Source of the DNA: Camelus ferus | Lineage: Eukaryota | NCBI RefSeq assembly: GCF_009834535.1 | Contig: NC_045696.1 | Location: 2,110,001-2,174,000, forward strand | Direction: 5' to 3' | Length of the DNA stretch: 64,000 bases | In this document: positions 62,798-64,000 of the stretch, in pieces | How the letters are laid out: the number at the start of each line of letters is the position of its first letter | Numbering within the stretch: position 1 is the first letter of the stretch | Translations under genes and position numbers: made by a program | The notes under the pieces: model-generated | The model's database searches: none | The model's input: only the letters and a program-made list of their open reading frames with translations | What the model was told of the DNA's origin: nothing

Positions 62798-64000
62798 GGC
62801 TTTGCTTTCGCTTTCTTTCTTTCCTTTTTACCACGAATGAATACTAAGTCCTTTCTTTTGTCTTTTCTGCACCACTGAGATGGTGATACGGTTTTTCTTT
62901 TTCTGTCTGCCAGTAGAGTGAATTGTAACGACTGATTTAGAATGTTAAACCAACTTTGCATCCCATCCGGTATGACGCAGTATCCTTTTCACATGTCGCT
63001 GGCTTTGATTTGCAAAAATTTTCTAATTCCTGAAAGATTTTGCCTATGATGGATACTGGTCCACGGCCCTTGTTTGGTTTTGGTGCCAGGGGGACGCTGG
63101 CCTCACCGAGTGAGCTAAGACGCGTTCCCTCCTCTCCCAACTCCCGGGGGACTTTGCAGAGAATCCGGGCTGCTTCTTCCTTGAATGTTCGGTAGAATTC
63201 ATCAGTGACGTCAGCCGGGCCAAGAGTGCTCTCCGTTGGAAGGTTTTATATACAAATTGAATTTAGGGGACAGGGTTACTTGGGTTGTCTACTTTGACTT
63301 GAGTGAGTTTTAGTGATTTGTTTTGTTCCAGGAATCTGCCCCTTTCGTCCATGTGGCAAACATTTCTCAGCATCGAGTGCTTCATGATACTCCCTGACCA
63401 CCATTGTAGCACCTGTAGGGCTCGTAGCGATGCCTCCTCTCTCATCTGATTGTGGTACTTCCTCTTCTCTCCCTCTTTTTTCTGATCAGTCCAACTAGGG
63501 GTTTATCAATTTTAATGATTCTTTCACAGAAACAGCTTTCGGTGTCATTGATTTTTCTTCTTTTGTTCATTTTCTATTTCATTGATTTCTGCTCTTTGCT
63601 CTTTATTTTTTCTTAAGGTTGAAGTTTGAATCATTGATTTGAGGCCTGTTTTATGTTCTGATATAATAATGCTACTCATTTCTAAGCACTGCTTTTACTC
63701 GCGTTCCACAAAACCTGCTGCGTTGTTGTAATTCTCAGTCAGTTCAAAACGCTGTCCAGTCTCCCTCGTGATTCTCCCTCTGGGTTATTTAGAAGTGTGT
63801 TCATTTAGTTTTCAAATATTTGGGGGGGGGGTCCAGATATCTTTTAATTACTGATTTCTAGTTTAATTCTCTGTTGGTCAGAGAAATCTTTGTAAGGTTT
63901 CAGTCCTTTTTCATTTATCAAGATTTGTTAATAAAAAATGTTAAAAAAAAAAAAAAAAAGATTTGCTTTTCGGCCCAAATTTGGTCCACCTTGGTGAAAG
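61405..64000 (-). mobile_element. Old LINE-1 (L1MB-like) 3'UTR and ORF2 remnants running off the window
   Basis: 3' end 'ttttaaattgtggtaaaa...gtgcaaccatcac'. ORF2-like peptides in the track: KEVKLSLFTDDML and MQSWFNI. Confidence 0.8.

Overview
Mammalian (eutherian) genomic DNA, GC-rich overall. The one protein-coding gene I can support is AGPAT3 (LPAAT3/LPAAT-gamma, 1-acyl-sn-glycerol-3-phosphate acyltransferase) on the minus strand. Its complete CDS assembles from 8 GT-AG exons: 24181-24004, 17977-17808, 17254-17093, 16249-16096, 15583-15481, 12727-12652, 7896-7698 and 7109-7021. These total 1131 nt, giving 376 aa with the NHxxxxD and EGTR motifs and a C-terminal KKKE. A 3'UTR of up to about 5.3 kb follows, with three candidate poly(A) sites and an internal CpG island. 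Everything above 24230 appears to be the long 5'UTR intron; the main promoter and first exons are probably beyond the right edge. That intron holds several candidate non-coding exons and a cluster of LINE-1 copies. One copy has its 5'UTR and ORF1 fused directly to the last ~120 codons of ORF2, and another carries a short 3' transduction inside a perfect TSD. MaLR LTRs, hAT/Tigger DNA-transposon fossils, MIR/L2 remnants and a (CCAT)n tract are also present. The L1 3' ends and the lack of Alu/B1/Bov/PRE1/Can SINEs suggest a camelid, which is inference. Nearly all ORF-track entries are GC-rich or repeat-derived noise. I found no convincing novel biological system; the best leads are the unusual L1 structures and the candidate 5'UTR exons with uORFs. 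Repeat-family names come from recalled consensus sequences and need RepeatMasker/Dfam confirmation.
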